Source: Wolbachia endosymbiont of Armadillidium arcangelii
GTDB lineage: Bacteria; Pseudomonadota; Alphaproteobacteria; Rickettsiales; Anaplasmataceae
Assembly: GCF_040207875.1 (NCBI RefSeq)
Contig: NZ_CP157942.1
Coordinates: forward strand, 845,001 to 877,000
Direction: 5' to 3'
DNA: 32,000 bases
Part shown: in pieces, positions 1 through 8,820 of the stretch
Layout of the letters: the number at the start of each line of letters is the position of its first letter
How positions within the stretch are numbered: position 1 is the first letter of the stretch
Program-made: the position numbers and the translations under genes
The notes under the pieces: model-generated
Database searches by the model: none
Told to the model about the DNA's origin: nothing
Seen by the model: only the letters and a program-made list of their open reading frames with translations

Positions 1-260
1 TGGGCTTGGAGCGAATCTTGTTAGCATTTAAATTGTAAAATAATTACTTTAGTTTATTTTAATTTTATATAAATGTACTGCTAAAGCAAGATTCTTTCTC
101 TTTAATATACAGTTGGTACGAAACTTCAAAAAAAGTTGCTAAATATTTATAGCGATAAAATTGTTATTTTTAATCGTTTATTCTCTTCTTAACTAATTAT
201 ACATTTCCACTTGGATGAAAAATCAGCATTTCTAATTTTTTCCAACTGTAAATTAGAGTC

Positions 261-288
261 TTTACAAGTTTCACAAATATGGTATAAT
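261..288 (+). promoter_or_regulatory. Candidate sigma70-type promoter upstream of the ankyrin gene
   Basis: 'tttaca' (261-266), a 16-nt spacer, then extended -10 'tggtataat' (280-288). It lies about 25 nt upstream of an SD-like 'agaggg' and the ATG at 313. Such matches arise easily by chance in AT-rich DNA. Confidence 0.3.
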
Positions 289-505
289 AAAACTAATCTT
301 TATAGAGGGTATATGACAACAAATACAGAAAAATAGTAATAGAATTACTATAGCATGTGAGCAAGCGGAAAATATTGCTTACTTAGAAAGAATACAAAGA
401 CCATTAAAAAATGAAGTATTTTACGATGCAGAATCTGGCTTTGGAGATGCATTAGAAAATGAAGCATTTTATGATTCAAAATCTGATTTTGAGTATTTTG
501 AAGAT

Positions 506-2977
506 GTGTTAAAAATAAAAAACAACATCGATAGGGAAAACAAAATTAAGCAGCTTATCAAAGATGATATAAACATAAATGCTACGAAAGATGGCAAAAC
601 TATTCTAGGTATTGCTATAGAAAAAAGATGCTCACCAGAAATTGTAAAGTCATTGGTAAGCAATGGTGGTAAGATTAATACTATAGATGCTGACGGCCGT
701 ACTGTGTTGCATAGGTCTGTTAAGAATAAAAATAGAAAAGTTGTTGAGGTGCTTTTAGAAGCTAATAAAAAAGAAGTGCTTCGGCATCCATTAGCAGGAC
801 TCTTTTTAGCATTTATGCTATATCATCCAATAGAAGTCAACGCTAAGGATAATGACAATTTTACTGCCTTAGATTATGCTCATCATGGCAGTGAAATGTA
901 TAGCCTGCTGCAAAAATATGGAGCACAACATAGTGAAAAATTTTTATACTTACGTAACCTTAACATAGAAGAATTAGATTTAAATAAACTTGTTTCTGAT
1001 AACAACTACTGCTTTGATATATTTACAAAAGCATTGGAGATTGAAGATACATACAAGAAGAAAGAGACTATAGATTGGTTACTAAACAATGGTGCCAACA
1101 TTAATGTTATTAAAGATAATCAAGCACTACTGAGTATCACAGCTGCAAAAGGTGATGTTGAAAATGCTGTGCTACTGCTTGAAAGGGGAGCACTTGGAGA
1201 AATAAACTCTCAAGACGCTGAAGGAAGAACGTTATTACTAAATGCAATTATTCAAGATAAGTTGGATCATGCAAAATATCTCATGAAACAGAAAGTTAAC
1301 GCTAATATACCAGATAATAATGGAAATAGTTTATTACACTATGTTGTTGTCAGTACAGCTGACGCTACTTTTTATGATTTGCTTAAGAATGGCGCAGATT
1401 TCTATATAAAAAATCATGACAACCTTACAGCATTTGAATATGCTTTTCATGTAGGAGTAGCTCCTGGGAAAGCCGTTTATTTATTCAAGCTATATATAGA
1501 AAAAGGTGACCAGGATAAAAATACACAGTTAGTGAAAAATTTTAGATTACCTTCTGGTGAAACATTACTTGAGTATTTTTTCAACAATAAATTATTTGAT
1601 AGTGCTCAATCCTGCATAAATTTAGGAGCGAATGTTTCGCGTAATGGATCATCTTTACTGAGGCAAGCTCTTCAAAATATAGATATAGAAGGTATTCAGT
1701 TTCTTTTGCGAAATGGAGCAGATGTTTTAAATAATAAGAAAAATGGTAAATTATATTTCCAAGTAGCAGTTGGGTGTGTAGCGATGTTTTCACTTGGTAT
1801 GGGAGCTGCAGCTACGTTTACTTTAATTAAAATGTCTCCGTTAGCGATAGTAGCTACAACCATCTTTTTGACTGCAATAGCAGCTATGTCTCTGTTTGTG
1901 TTATATAAGAGAGTAAAAGAAGTAAAAGAAGAACGCATGCACGAGAATAATACTGAATTTAACATGAGCCTAAGAGAAGCAGCTAATGATTTGTTTAGCG
2001 GGTTATCAACTGTAGCAGAAAAAGGAGCAGAAGCAGGTGCACTATTCCTGGAAGTAAAGGAAAAGGCTGAAAGTGTAGTTGAAAAAATAACATTAAAATT
2101 TAAACAAGAGAATTTTATTAAGAAGTTAAGTAATTTTGAAGAATTTCAAGATGCTAGAGATTCTGGTGCTCTCAAAAAATTCTATGCTGCTGTAAAAGAT
2201 GTTCTAAGGATAAGCTCTAACATTTCTATTTCATACCTGCTGTCACTTGTTTATCGTTCCTTATTCGAAGTATTACGGGTTATTTTTCATGCAATAACTG
2301 ATCCAACTCTTGTAAGTACGATTTTAACTGCCATAAGTGAAAGAAGATTGCCTGGAAATAAGCAGTGGGTTAAGGTATTAAAAGATACAGTACCAAACTT
2401 AATAAGAAATCAAGAAATTATGCAGAACGTTATAGTACCAACTCTTACTGATATTTTAAAGAGCTTGTCGGAGTCAAAAGAAGAAAGAAAATTTATAATC
2501 TATACTCTGGTCTGCCTGAAAGAAGTGATTGATGAAGTTTATACGACATCGGTACAAGAGTCATTACGTAGAATTTTAGGAATAGAACTTGCAGATAGCT
2601 TAAATGGTACAATGCGGGCAATAAATAACTTACTCAACTGTTATGGACATGAAGAAGTAGAGCACGCAAAAATTGCAAATGAGTTAGATTATAGAGTAGG
2701 TAAACTTACACCGAAACAAACAGAGCAACTTGTTAGAGAGTTAGGAGAGAGAGTAGGGCCTCTCAGAGAGTTTGAGGGTCAAATTGCAGATAAACAGTCA
2801 ATCAGTAAATTGGTAGATTATTGTTTGGATCCAAAACCGAATGACAGGGAAGTAGCTGCAACACTATTAGGTTATATATGCGTATATACTGAAGGTTTGG
2901 CTGCTGAAGCTGGTAATTTATCTCATGTTGTACTTGTTAAGCACGTAGGAGTAAATCGGGTAGCACAGCAAGGCTAG
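506..2977 (+). CDS. Ankyrin-repeat protein with a central two-helix hydrophobic hairpin and a C-terminal domain of unknown function
   Basis: Long ORF of 823 codons from GTG 506. Ankyrin repeats are visible over the first ~430 aa ('DGKTILGIAIEKRCSPEIVKSLVSNGGKIN', 'DADGRTVLHRSV', 'DAEGRTLLLNAIIQDKLDHAKYLMKQKVNAN', 'NNGNSLLHYVV'). A hydrophobic hairpin 'VAVGCVAMFSLGMGAAATFTLIKMSPLAIVATTIFLTAIAAMSLFVLY' is encoded at nt 1763-1906. I recognise no motif in the ~340-aa C-terminal part. The start is uncertain because the frame is open back to nt 317 with no in-frame ATG. Confidence 0.8.
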   Translation: MLKIKNNIDRENKIKQLIKDDININATKDGKTILGIAIEKRCSPEIVKSLVSNGGKINTIDADGRTVLHRSVKNKNRKVVEVLLEANKKEVLRHPLAGLFLAFMLYHPIEVNAKDNDNFTALDYAHHGSEMYSLLQKYGAQHSEKFLYLRNLNIEELDLNKLVSDNNYCFDIFTKALEIEDTYKKKETIDWLLNNGANINVIKDNQALLSITAAKGDVENAVLLLERGALGEINSQDAEGRTLLLNAIIQDKLDHAKYLMKQKVNANIPDNNGNSLLHYVVVSTADATFYDLLKNGADFYIKNHDNLTAFEYAFHVGVAPGKAVYLFKLYIEKGDQDKNTQLVKNFRLPSGETLLEYFFNNKLFDSAQSCINLGANVSRNGSSLLRQALQNIDIEGIQFLLRNGADVLNNKKNGKLYFQVAVGCVAMFSLGMGAAATFTLIKMSPLAIVATTIFLTAIAAMSLFVLYKRVKEVKEERMHENNTEFNMSLREAANDLFSGLSTVAEKGAEAGALFLEVKEKAESVVEKITLKFKQENFIKKLSNFEEFQDARDSGALKKFYAAVKDVLRISSNISISYLLSLVYRSLFEVLRVIFHAITDPTLVSTILTAISERRLPGNKQWVKVLKDTVPNLIRNQEIMQNVIVPTLTDILKSLSESKEERKFIIYTLVCLKEVIDEVYTTSVQESLRRILGIELADSLNGTMRAINNLLNCYGHEEVEHAKIANELDYRVGKLTPKQTEQLVRELGERVGPLREFEGQIADKQSISKLVDYCLDPKPNDREVAATLLGYICVYTEGLAAEAGNLSHVVLVKHVGVNRVAQQG

Positions 2978-3373
2978 AAATAGTAAGATAGTTTCAGGAG
3001 CAAAGTACAGTAAGTGGGTAGATTATGGCAAGGCTAGAAAGTGTGCAGTATTATGCTAGATTGCTCCGTTGAATGATATGAGAACACACAAATTGAGGTA
3101 TTAGTATAATGAGAATTTTTTAAAAAATTCTAGAGAAAGTGTTAAGTACAGTCTTTCTTATTAAGATAGGGAGCTCTTGTTCAGGAGAGTAGTCAAAGAA
3201 GTCATGTATTAATTCAGTGATCATATTTTACCACACTCTATCGTGATATTTCTATATTAGAAACCTTAATTATATAAATTGATTATTGACACCTGGCACT
3301 TAACTAATCAGTTATTTACTCTAAATATATTATACGTATACTTATTATTAAATTAAATTTGAAATGATAAGAA

Positions 3374-3905
3374 ATGAGTGAATTTAAATCAATCCGCAAT
3401 ATTGCAATAATTGCACACGTTGACCACGGAAAAACTACTTTACTTGATAACATGTTAAAACAAAGTGGCACGTTTCGTGAGAATCAAGAAGTTCAAGAAC
3501 GAGTGATGGATAGTGGTGATCAAGAACGTGAACGTGGGATTACAATACTTGCAAAATGTACGTCAATAATGTGGGGTGATGAGAAAATCAATATCATTGA
3601 TACACCAGGACATGCGGATTTTGGTGGAGAAGTGGAAAGGGTGCTCTGCATGGCAGATGGTGTATTACTACTGGTTGATGCTGCAGAAGGTCCAATGCCA
3701 CAGACTAAGTTTGTGTTGTCAAAAGCACTAAAGGCAAATTTAAAACCGATTGTGATAATCAATAAGGTTGATCGACCAGACAGCAGAATTGATGAAGTAC
3801 TAAATGAAATATATGAGTTATTTTTTAACCTTGATGCAACCAACGAGCAACTAGATTTTCCAGTACTCTATGCTTCAGGTAGAAATGGTTGGTGTGCTAA
3901 GGAGC
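3374..3905 (+). pseudogene. typA: 5' fragment (~177 codons) of the translational GTPase TypA/BipA
   Basis: GTPase motifs are present: 'AHVDHGKTT' (G1), '[14 protein letters not shown]' (G3), 'NKVDR' (G4), then '[14 protein letters not shown]'. Similarity ends near 3900-3905. The frame then runs through unrelated sequence to the stop at 4015. Full-length TypA proteins are roughly three times longer. Confidence 0.8.
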
Positions 3906-4213
3906 TACTTCTTCTTTTTCCACACCTTCAACTGATATTCTACTACATAAGACTTGATTTGGTGAATTCCCCACCACATTCGCAAGAATTCTACCTTTAC
4001 TACCTTCCATTTTAGATGCCCAACCTGACCGCCAATGTTCCTCTTGCTTATCCTTTTTTATTTTATACAATTCTTTTGAACTTGGCATTGATGAATTTTT
4101 CGAGTTTAAACCAAGCCTTTCCTTTCTTTGAGCATTCTCAGAGCTTCTTTTTCGGCTTTTAAATTTTCTACCTCTATTTTTAAGTTTTCGCAAAGTTCTA
4201 AAAGTTTTACCAT
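3897..4213 (-). mobile_element. Fragment of an IS66-family-like transposase gene (N-terminal ~100 codons, frameshifted)
   Basis: Minus strand from ATG 4213 reads 'MVKLLELCENLKIEVENLKAEKEALRMLKERKGL', which is leucine-zipper-like. Other frames then give 'LNSKNSSMPSSKE' and 'GGQVGH'. I recall the order coiled coil, then NSSNSSxPPS, then GGQxGH from IS66 TnpC N-termini. Three frames are needed and I identified no terminal repeat. Confidence 0.4.
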
Positions 4214-4313
4214 ATTACCTTGTAGCTATTCTATGATTAGACCGCCTTGTCTACCTTGCTATTCCCCTGAATAGATACGGAGAATTAACTGACAGAAGAA
4301 TTGAAAACTAATA

Positions 4314-5000
4314 TCAGCATTCTGTTAAATGTATGTTACTTGTAGAGATTAAGTTTTGTCTTTTACAATTTATCTGTACTTCCTTTGATTCATTTACTTG
4401 AGTATTAGGTCTTAGTGTTGTATGTGTAACGTAACCAGCTACGAGTGCAGATACTATTGCTATACCAACCATTAACCATATATCTAATTTAGTTGTATGC
4501 TCAAGTGCAATATATGTTGCTAACCCAACAGCAAGAACAGTACTAGCATTAGCGATGTATGTTGCTTTTTCTCTCAGTTCAGTTTCTTCATTTTTGACTT
4601 CTAATATTTTCTTTTCTTGCTGTGAATGCTGGATTTGAGTATTTAGTTTATTTTTTTCAGCTTTTAATTCTATATTTTCGTTCTGAGCTGTCTTCCTTGC
4701 ATATTCTAAGGATCTATTTAACCGTTCAGCTCTATCCTTTTTAGTTTGTAAGTCTTTATTTTCCGCCTTTAGTTGCTCAAGCTTACTTATTTTTTGTTTC
4801 ATTTCACTGCTCATTTCATTTTTTAGTTCATTTCTTATTTTATCTTTTAATGTAGCTACTGCTTCTTCTGAGCTTTTTTTACCTTTTAACTCCAGCACGT
4901 CTTCAAGCAATTCTGCTAAGTCTACTTTTGCTGGGTGAGGCACATAGTATGGATTACTTAGAATATCTATAAGCTCTTTTAAGTTATGAAAGTTAAGCAT
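4314..5000 (-). CDS. Hypothetical coiled-coil protein with a C-terminal two-helix hydrophobic hairpin
   Basis: The ORF is read from ATG 5000, preceded by 'gagg' (the track start at 5072 is less likely). A heptad-like K/E/L/N-rich region ('KQKISKLEQLKAENKDLQTKKDRAERLNRSLEYARKTAQNENIELKAEKNKL') is followed by 'ASTVLAVGLATYIALEHTTKLDIWLMVGIAIVSALVAGYV' (nt 4425-4562). Confidence 0.65.
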   Translation of the reverse strand: MLNFHNLKELIDILSNPYYVPHPAKVDLAELLEDVLELKGKKSSEEAVATLKDKIRNELKNEMSSEMKQKISKLEQLKAENKDLQTKKDRAERLNRSLEYARKTAQNENIELKAEKNKLNTQIQHSQQEKKILEVKNEETELREKATYIANASTVLAVGLATYIALEHTTKLDIWLMVGIAIVSALVAGYVTHTTLRPNTQVNESKEVQINCKRQNLISTSNIHLTEC

Positions 5001-5157
5001 AATAAACCTCAATACTAAAAATTTATTATGTAATACATTAAAAATTATAAGATCAAGAAAAATTTGTATCATAACAAGGCTAAATTAAATGGTAGACATT
5101 AAAATTGCTGTATTTGCTCAATTGTGCTAACTTAAAGCTTAAAACTGAGAAATATTT

Positions 5158-7707
5158 ATGTTAGAAGAAAAGTATAGCTTTAGGGAAATTGAAGACAAAT
5201 ACAACATATTATGGGAAAGGAGTAAAGTTTATAAATGGAATGGTGAAAAGGATAATACTTTTACTATAGATACGCCTCCACCAACGATATCTGGAAAGTT
5301 GCATATTGGTCATATATTTAGCTATTGCCATACGGACTTTATTGCAAGGTTTCAACGTATGCTGGGGAAAGATGTATTTTATCCAATTGGGTTTGATGAT
5401 AATGGGCTTCCCACTGAAAGGTTAGTTGAGCAAACCTATAAAACCCGTGCAAAAGAAGTTGGCAGAGAAAAATTTATAGAGATGTGCCATGAAGTTATTG
5501 AGAAGTCAAAGCAAGAATTCAAGGAGTTATTTAAATCGGTCGGCATTAGTTATGATTGGAGTTTGGAATATCACACGATCAGCAAGGAAGCTGTGGCACT
5601 TTCTCAAATGTCATTCATTGATCTATATAACAAAGGGTATGCATACAGAAAAATGCAACCTATTCTTTGGGACCCAGTTGATAAAACTGCAATTGCGCAA
5701 GCGGAAATAGAGGATAAAGTCTTTGAGTCATCTTTGAACACGATAGTTTTTTCCACTGAAAAAAATGAGCAGATTCATATTGCAACTACGCGACCTGAAT
5801 TACTTCCTGCATGTGTTGCAGTCTTTTGTCATCCAGAAGATGCACGATATGCCCATCTGATTGGAAAAATAGCCATAGTGGCAATTACAGGGGAAAAAGT
5901 TCCAATAATAGCTGATGATAAGGTAAAAATAGATAAAGGTACTGGGCTTGTTATGTGCTGTACATTTGGTGATGAGCTTGACATATATTGGCAGCAAAAA
6001 CATAACTTGCCGATGAAAATTATCATTGATCAGAATGGAAGGATGAATCTGCATGCAGTGTGTGATCAAAAATGGATCCCAGTGTCAAGCACTGGGATGA
6101 CAGGGGAGAAAGATGCTCAGTGTCAAGATACTCAGATGACAGAGGAGACACATGTCGGTGTCATCCGAGCAGCTGACACTGGGATCCATGGACTAAAAGT
6201 TAAAGAAGCAAGAAAGAGAATTATTGAAATCCTAACTGAAAAGGGCCTCTTGATAGAAAGTACTAGTATTTCTCATTCTGTCAAATGTGCGGAAAGATCT
6301 GGTACACCACTTGAAATATTACCTACTTATCAATGGTTTATCAAGATTTTAGAGCAAAAGGCTCAAGTATTAGATAAAGTAAGAGAATGTAATTGGCATC
6401 CAGAGTCTATGCGTAAACGTATGGAGGTGTGGATAGAAGGGCTAAATTGGGATTGGTGCATTTCAAGGCAGCGCTATTTTGGTGTGCCATTTCCGGTATG
6501 GTATTCAAAGCGTAAAGGAGAGGAAGGCAAAATTATTCTAGCTGAAGTAAAGGATTTGCCTATAGATCCACTTAAAGATTTGCCGAAAGGCTATAGCAAA
6601 GAAGAGGTTGTTCCAGATCAAGATGTAATGGATACTTGGGCTACAAGTGCAATTACTCCTCAGCTAAGTGCACTAGCAGTAAACAGTGAGCTCAGCTTGC
6701 CAAACCATCGCTATGACAAGATATTTCCTGCAGATCTGCGCAGCCAAAGCCATGAGATAATAAGAACTTGGGCTTTTTATACGATTTTGAAGGCACATTA
6801 TCATGCAGATTCACTGCCGTGGAAAAACATTATGATTAGCGGTTGGTGTTTGGCTGATGATAAAAAAAAGATGAGTAAATCAAAAGGTAACATCATTACT
6901 CCTCATGTAATACTTGATACTTATGGAGCTGATGTGGTTCGCTATTGGGCAGCAAACTCAAGACTTGGTGTTGACACAGTCTACTCTGAAAATATCTTCA
7001 AAATTGGCAAACGGCTCGTTACGAAACTTTGGAATGCCAGCAAATTTGTTTCCATATTCATGGAAAAACATCAAACTATGAGCATAAATTCCATCAGTGA
7101 GACGATGGACAAGTGGGTATTGTCTAAGTTGTACAAAACTATAGAAAGAGCAACAAATAACCTATTGCAATTTGAATATTGCGAAGCTTTGAGTGCGGTA
7201 GAAGAATTTTTTTGGAAAGATTTTTGTGATAATTACTTAGAGCTAGTAAAAAAACGTGCATACGGTAGCAGTGAAACAAATTCAAGCGCTAAACAGAGTT
7301 TAACATATATGTTGAACATTATTTTGCGGTTATTTGCACCCTTTTTGCCATACATTACAGAAGAAATATATCATCGGTTGTATAGTTATAACTCCGTGCA
7401 CAATAAAAGTAATTGGCCTAGCAAGCAAGAGCTGATCTATGATAAGCATTCTGAAGAAATGGGAGATAATTTCGTGCAGATGTTAAACTTAGTGAGAAAA
7501 ATAAAAGCGGATAATAATGTGTCAGTTAAGCACTTGATAAAAAAATTGATGATAAAAGCAAATGCAAAAGAGGATAAGTTAAATCAATCTGCACAGGATG
7601 ATTTGCAAGCAATTTGCAATGCTGAAGTGATAGAATGGGTTGAGAGTACAGAGGCAGAGCTTATAACTGAGAATGGAAAATTTACTGTAAGTGTATTGAT
7701 TGCATAA
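5158..7707 (+). CDS. valS: Valyl-tRNA synthetase (class I aaRS)
   Basis: 849-codon ORF. The HIGH region is 'TPPPTISGKLHIGHIFSY' and the KMSKS loop is 'KKMSKSKGN'. ValRS-type blocks 'GFDDNGLPTE', 'DTWATSA' and 'WCISRQRYFGVPFPVW' are also present. Confidence 0.9.
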   Translation: MLEEKYSFREIEDKYNILWERSKVYKWNGEKDNTFTIDTPPPTISGKLHIGHIFSYCHTDFIARFQRMLGKDVFYPIGFDDNGLPTERLVEQTYKTRAKEVGREKFIEMCHEVIEKSKQEFKELFKSVGISYDWSLEYHTISKEAVALSQMSFIDLYNKGYAYRKMQPILWDPVDKTAIAQAEIEDKVFESSLNTIVFSTEKNEQIHIATTRPELLPACVAVFCHPEDARYAHLIGKIAIVAITGEKVPIIADDKVKIDKGTGLVMCCTFGDELDIYWQQKHNLPMKIIIDQNGRMNLHAVCDQKWIPVSSTGMTGEKDAQCQDTQMTEETHVGVIRAADTGIHGLKVKEARKRIIEILTEKGLLIESTSISHSVKCAERSGTPLEILPTYQWFIKILEQKAQVLDKVRECNWHPESMRKRMEVWIEGLNWDWCISRQRYFGVPFPVWYSKRKGEEGKIILAEVKDLPIDPLKDLPKGYSKEEVVPDQDVMDTWATSAITPQLSALAVNSELSLPNHRYDKIFPADLRSQSHEIIRTWAFYTILKAHYHADSLPWKNIMISGWCLADDKKKMSKSKGNIITPHVILDTYGADVVRYWAANSRLGVDTVYSENIFKIGKRLVTKLWNASKFVSIFMEKHQTMSINSISETMDKWVLSKLYKTIERATNNLLQFEYCEALSAVEEFFWKDFCDNYLELVKKRAYGSSETNSSAKQSLTYMLNIILRLFAPFLPYITEEIYHRLYSYNSVHNKSNWPSKQELIYDKHSEEMGDNFVQMLNLVRKIKADNNVSVKHLIKKLMIKANAKEDKLNQSAQDDLQAICNAEVIEWVESTEAELITENGKFTVSVLIA
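6074..6187. repeat. 114-bp palindromic repeat element inserted in frame (38 codons) in valS
   Basis: Left arm 6074-6101 is 'ggatcccagtgtcaagcactgggatgac'. Right arm 6160-6187 is 'gtcatccgagcagctgacactgggatcc'. The arms match in 23/28 positions as an inverted repeat. The left arm is itself a hairpin (cccagtg/cactggg, 6078-6096). There is an internal direct echo 'cagtgtcaagatactcagatgaca'. The element is locally more GC-rich than the flanks. Confidence 0.6.
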
Positions 7708-7998
7708 CTTAGCATTCGTGTTAGCATGATAATTATTTAGCTGTGAGGGAATGGTGATGGGTGGTTCATATTATAGTAAAGCTAAAGGACAAGAAGACGA
7801 TTATCATAACTTCGTTCAAAAATTTTTGTTTTTGCTCAATAAGATAAAAGAAAAAAATAAATCAATCAATTCACACTGCTGTAGCTAATTTTAACGTATT
7901 ATGTTTTTTAATAAAACATAATACCAATTTTAATGAAGATGAAGTATATAAAGCCATTATCCAAGATTACAATAGTATAGCTAGACCAGAGCTTCAAG

Positions 7999-8820
7999 AT
8001 GAGGCTAAAAAAAGTGTTGAATGGATATATTGAAAATGGTGTTGAAACAGTCTCAATATATAGAAGTTGTGCAGAAATTGAATTGAGGGCTAATAAACAT
8101 GAATTCAAAATCAGTGAGTTTTTAAATAGTAATTTCTGTAAAGATAATGGAATTTTAGGGTTTTCAACGCTGCATAGCAATGGAAAAAGTGGAATACACG
8201 GCTTTGTTTCTGAAGAAGGGATAAGGTATTACATTGTAACTGATGGTTCATACGAAATGACTCTGAACTGGTATGATAAGGATGGAAAAAAGTGTACTAT
8301 TATAATTAACATTGATGCTAGTGGTATAGAACTCATTGAGCGTAATAGTGTTACTGACGATCAGTTGAAAGCGAACAAAGATGTAAAAATAGGTAACTTA
8401 TTCTTGTATCAAATAAAATTTAAAAATAAGGAGGAAGGCAATCATAAATCATCTGAAACCGTGATAGAAAATGGTAATAGAAATATTAACATTCAAACAA
8501 CTCAAGAAATTGAGTGTGATAGCAAAGAAACTCAGATAAGTGCTACTAAAATGCAAGACAAAAGTACACAAGCTATAGATGACAGCTTAAACGAAGAGAT
8601 TAATAAATTGGAAAAAGAAAATACAAGATTGACTGAAGATAAAGAAATTATATCAGAACAATTGCAGCAGAAAGTGAGAGAGGTAGAGGAATTAAAAGCT
8701 ATCATACAAAAAAATTTAGATCAGAAAACTGAAGAGTTAGCTAAAGCAACACAAAAACTCAAGCAGTTAAGTGATGCGGTAGAGAGTGAAGTTAAGGAGA
8801 GAAGAGGGAGTGTTAAATAA
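7999..8820 (+). CDS. Hypothetical protein with a coiled-coil C-terminal half; 3' end truncated by an IS element
   Basis: 273-codon ORF with a K/E/Q-rich heptad-like tail ('EEINKLEKENTRLTEDKEIISEQLQQKVREVEELKAIIQKNLDQKTEELAKATQKLKQL'). The last four codons and the stop (8806-8820) lie inside the terminal inverted repeat of the adjacent IS256-like element. An in-frame TAG at 7978 separates it from an upstream 'MKMKYIKPLSKITIV'. Confidence 0.55.
   Translation: MRLKKVLNGYIENGVETVSIYRSCAEIELRANKHEFKISEFLNSNFCKDNGILGFSTLHSNGKSGIHGFVSEEGIRYYIVTDGSYEMTLNWYDKDGKKCTIIINIDASGIELIERNSVTDDQLKANKDVKIGNLFLYQIKFKNKEEGNHKSSETVIENGNRNINIQTTQEIECDSKETQISATKMQDKSTQAIDDSLNEEINKLEKENTRLTEDKEIISEQLQQKVREVEELKAIIQKNLDQKTEELAKATQKLKQLSDAVESEVKERRGSVK

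Noticed and set aside
469-1965. Minus-strand track ORFs 469..663, 1581..1793 and 1696..1965
   Set aside because: They lie antisense inside or at the edge of the much longer, motif-supported ankyrin ORF. They are low-complexity and have no recognisable motifs or SD.
2968-3040. 13-bp direct repeat 'gcaaggctagaaa' at 2968-2980 and 3028-3040, spanning the ankyrin gene stop
   Set aside because: It is short and isolated. It could be a small duplication scar, but nothing else supports a function.
3520-3843. Minus-strand ORF antisense to the typA fragment
   Set aside because: It is a shadow ORF opposite clear GTPase motifs.
5489-6069. ORFs 5489..5710 (+), 5800..6069 (-) and 5829..6026 (-) within valS
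   Set aside because: They are out-of-frame or antisense readings inside a well-supported aaRS gene.
7751-7888. 45-codon ORF 'MVMGGSYYSKAKGQEDDYHNFVQKFLFLLNKIKEKNKSINSHCCS' in the valS-downstream spacer
   Set aside because: The SD-like 'gaggga' abuts the ATG with no spacer. There is no recognisable motif, and the ORF is too short to support from sequence alone.
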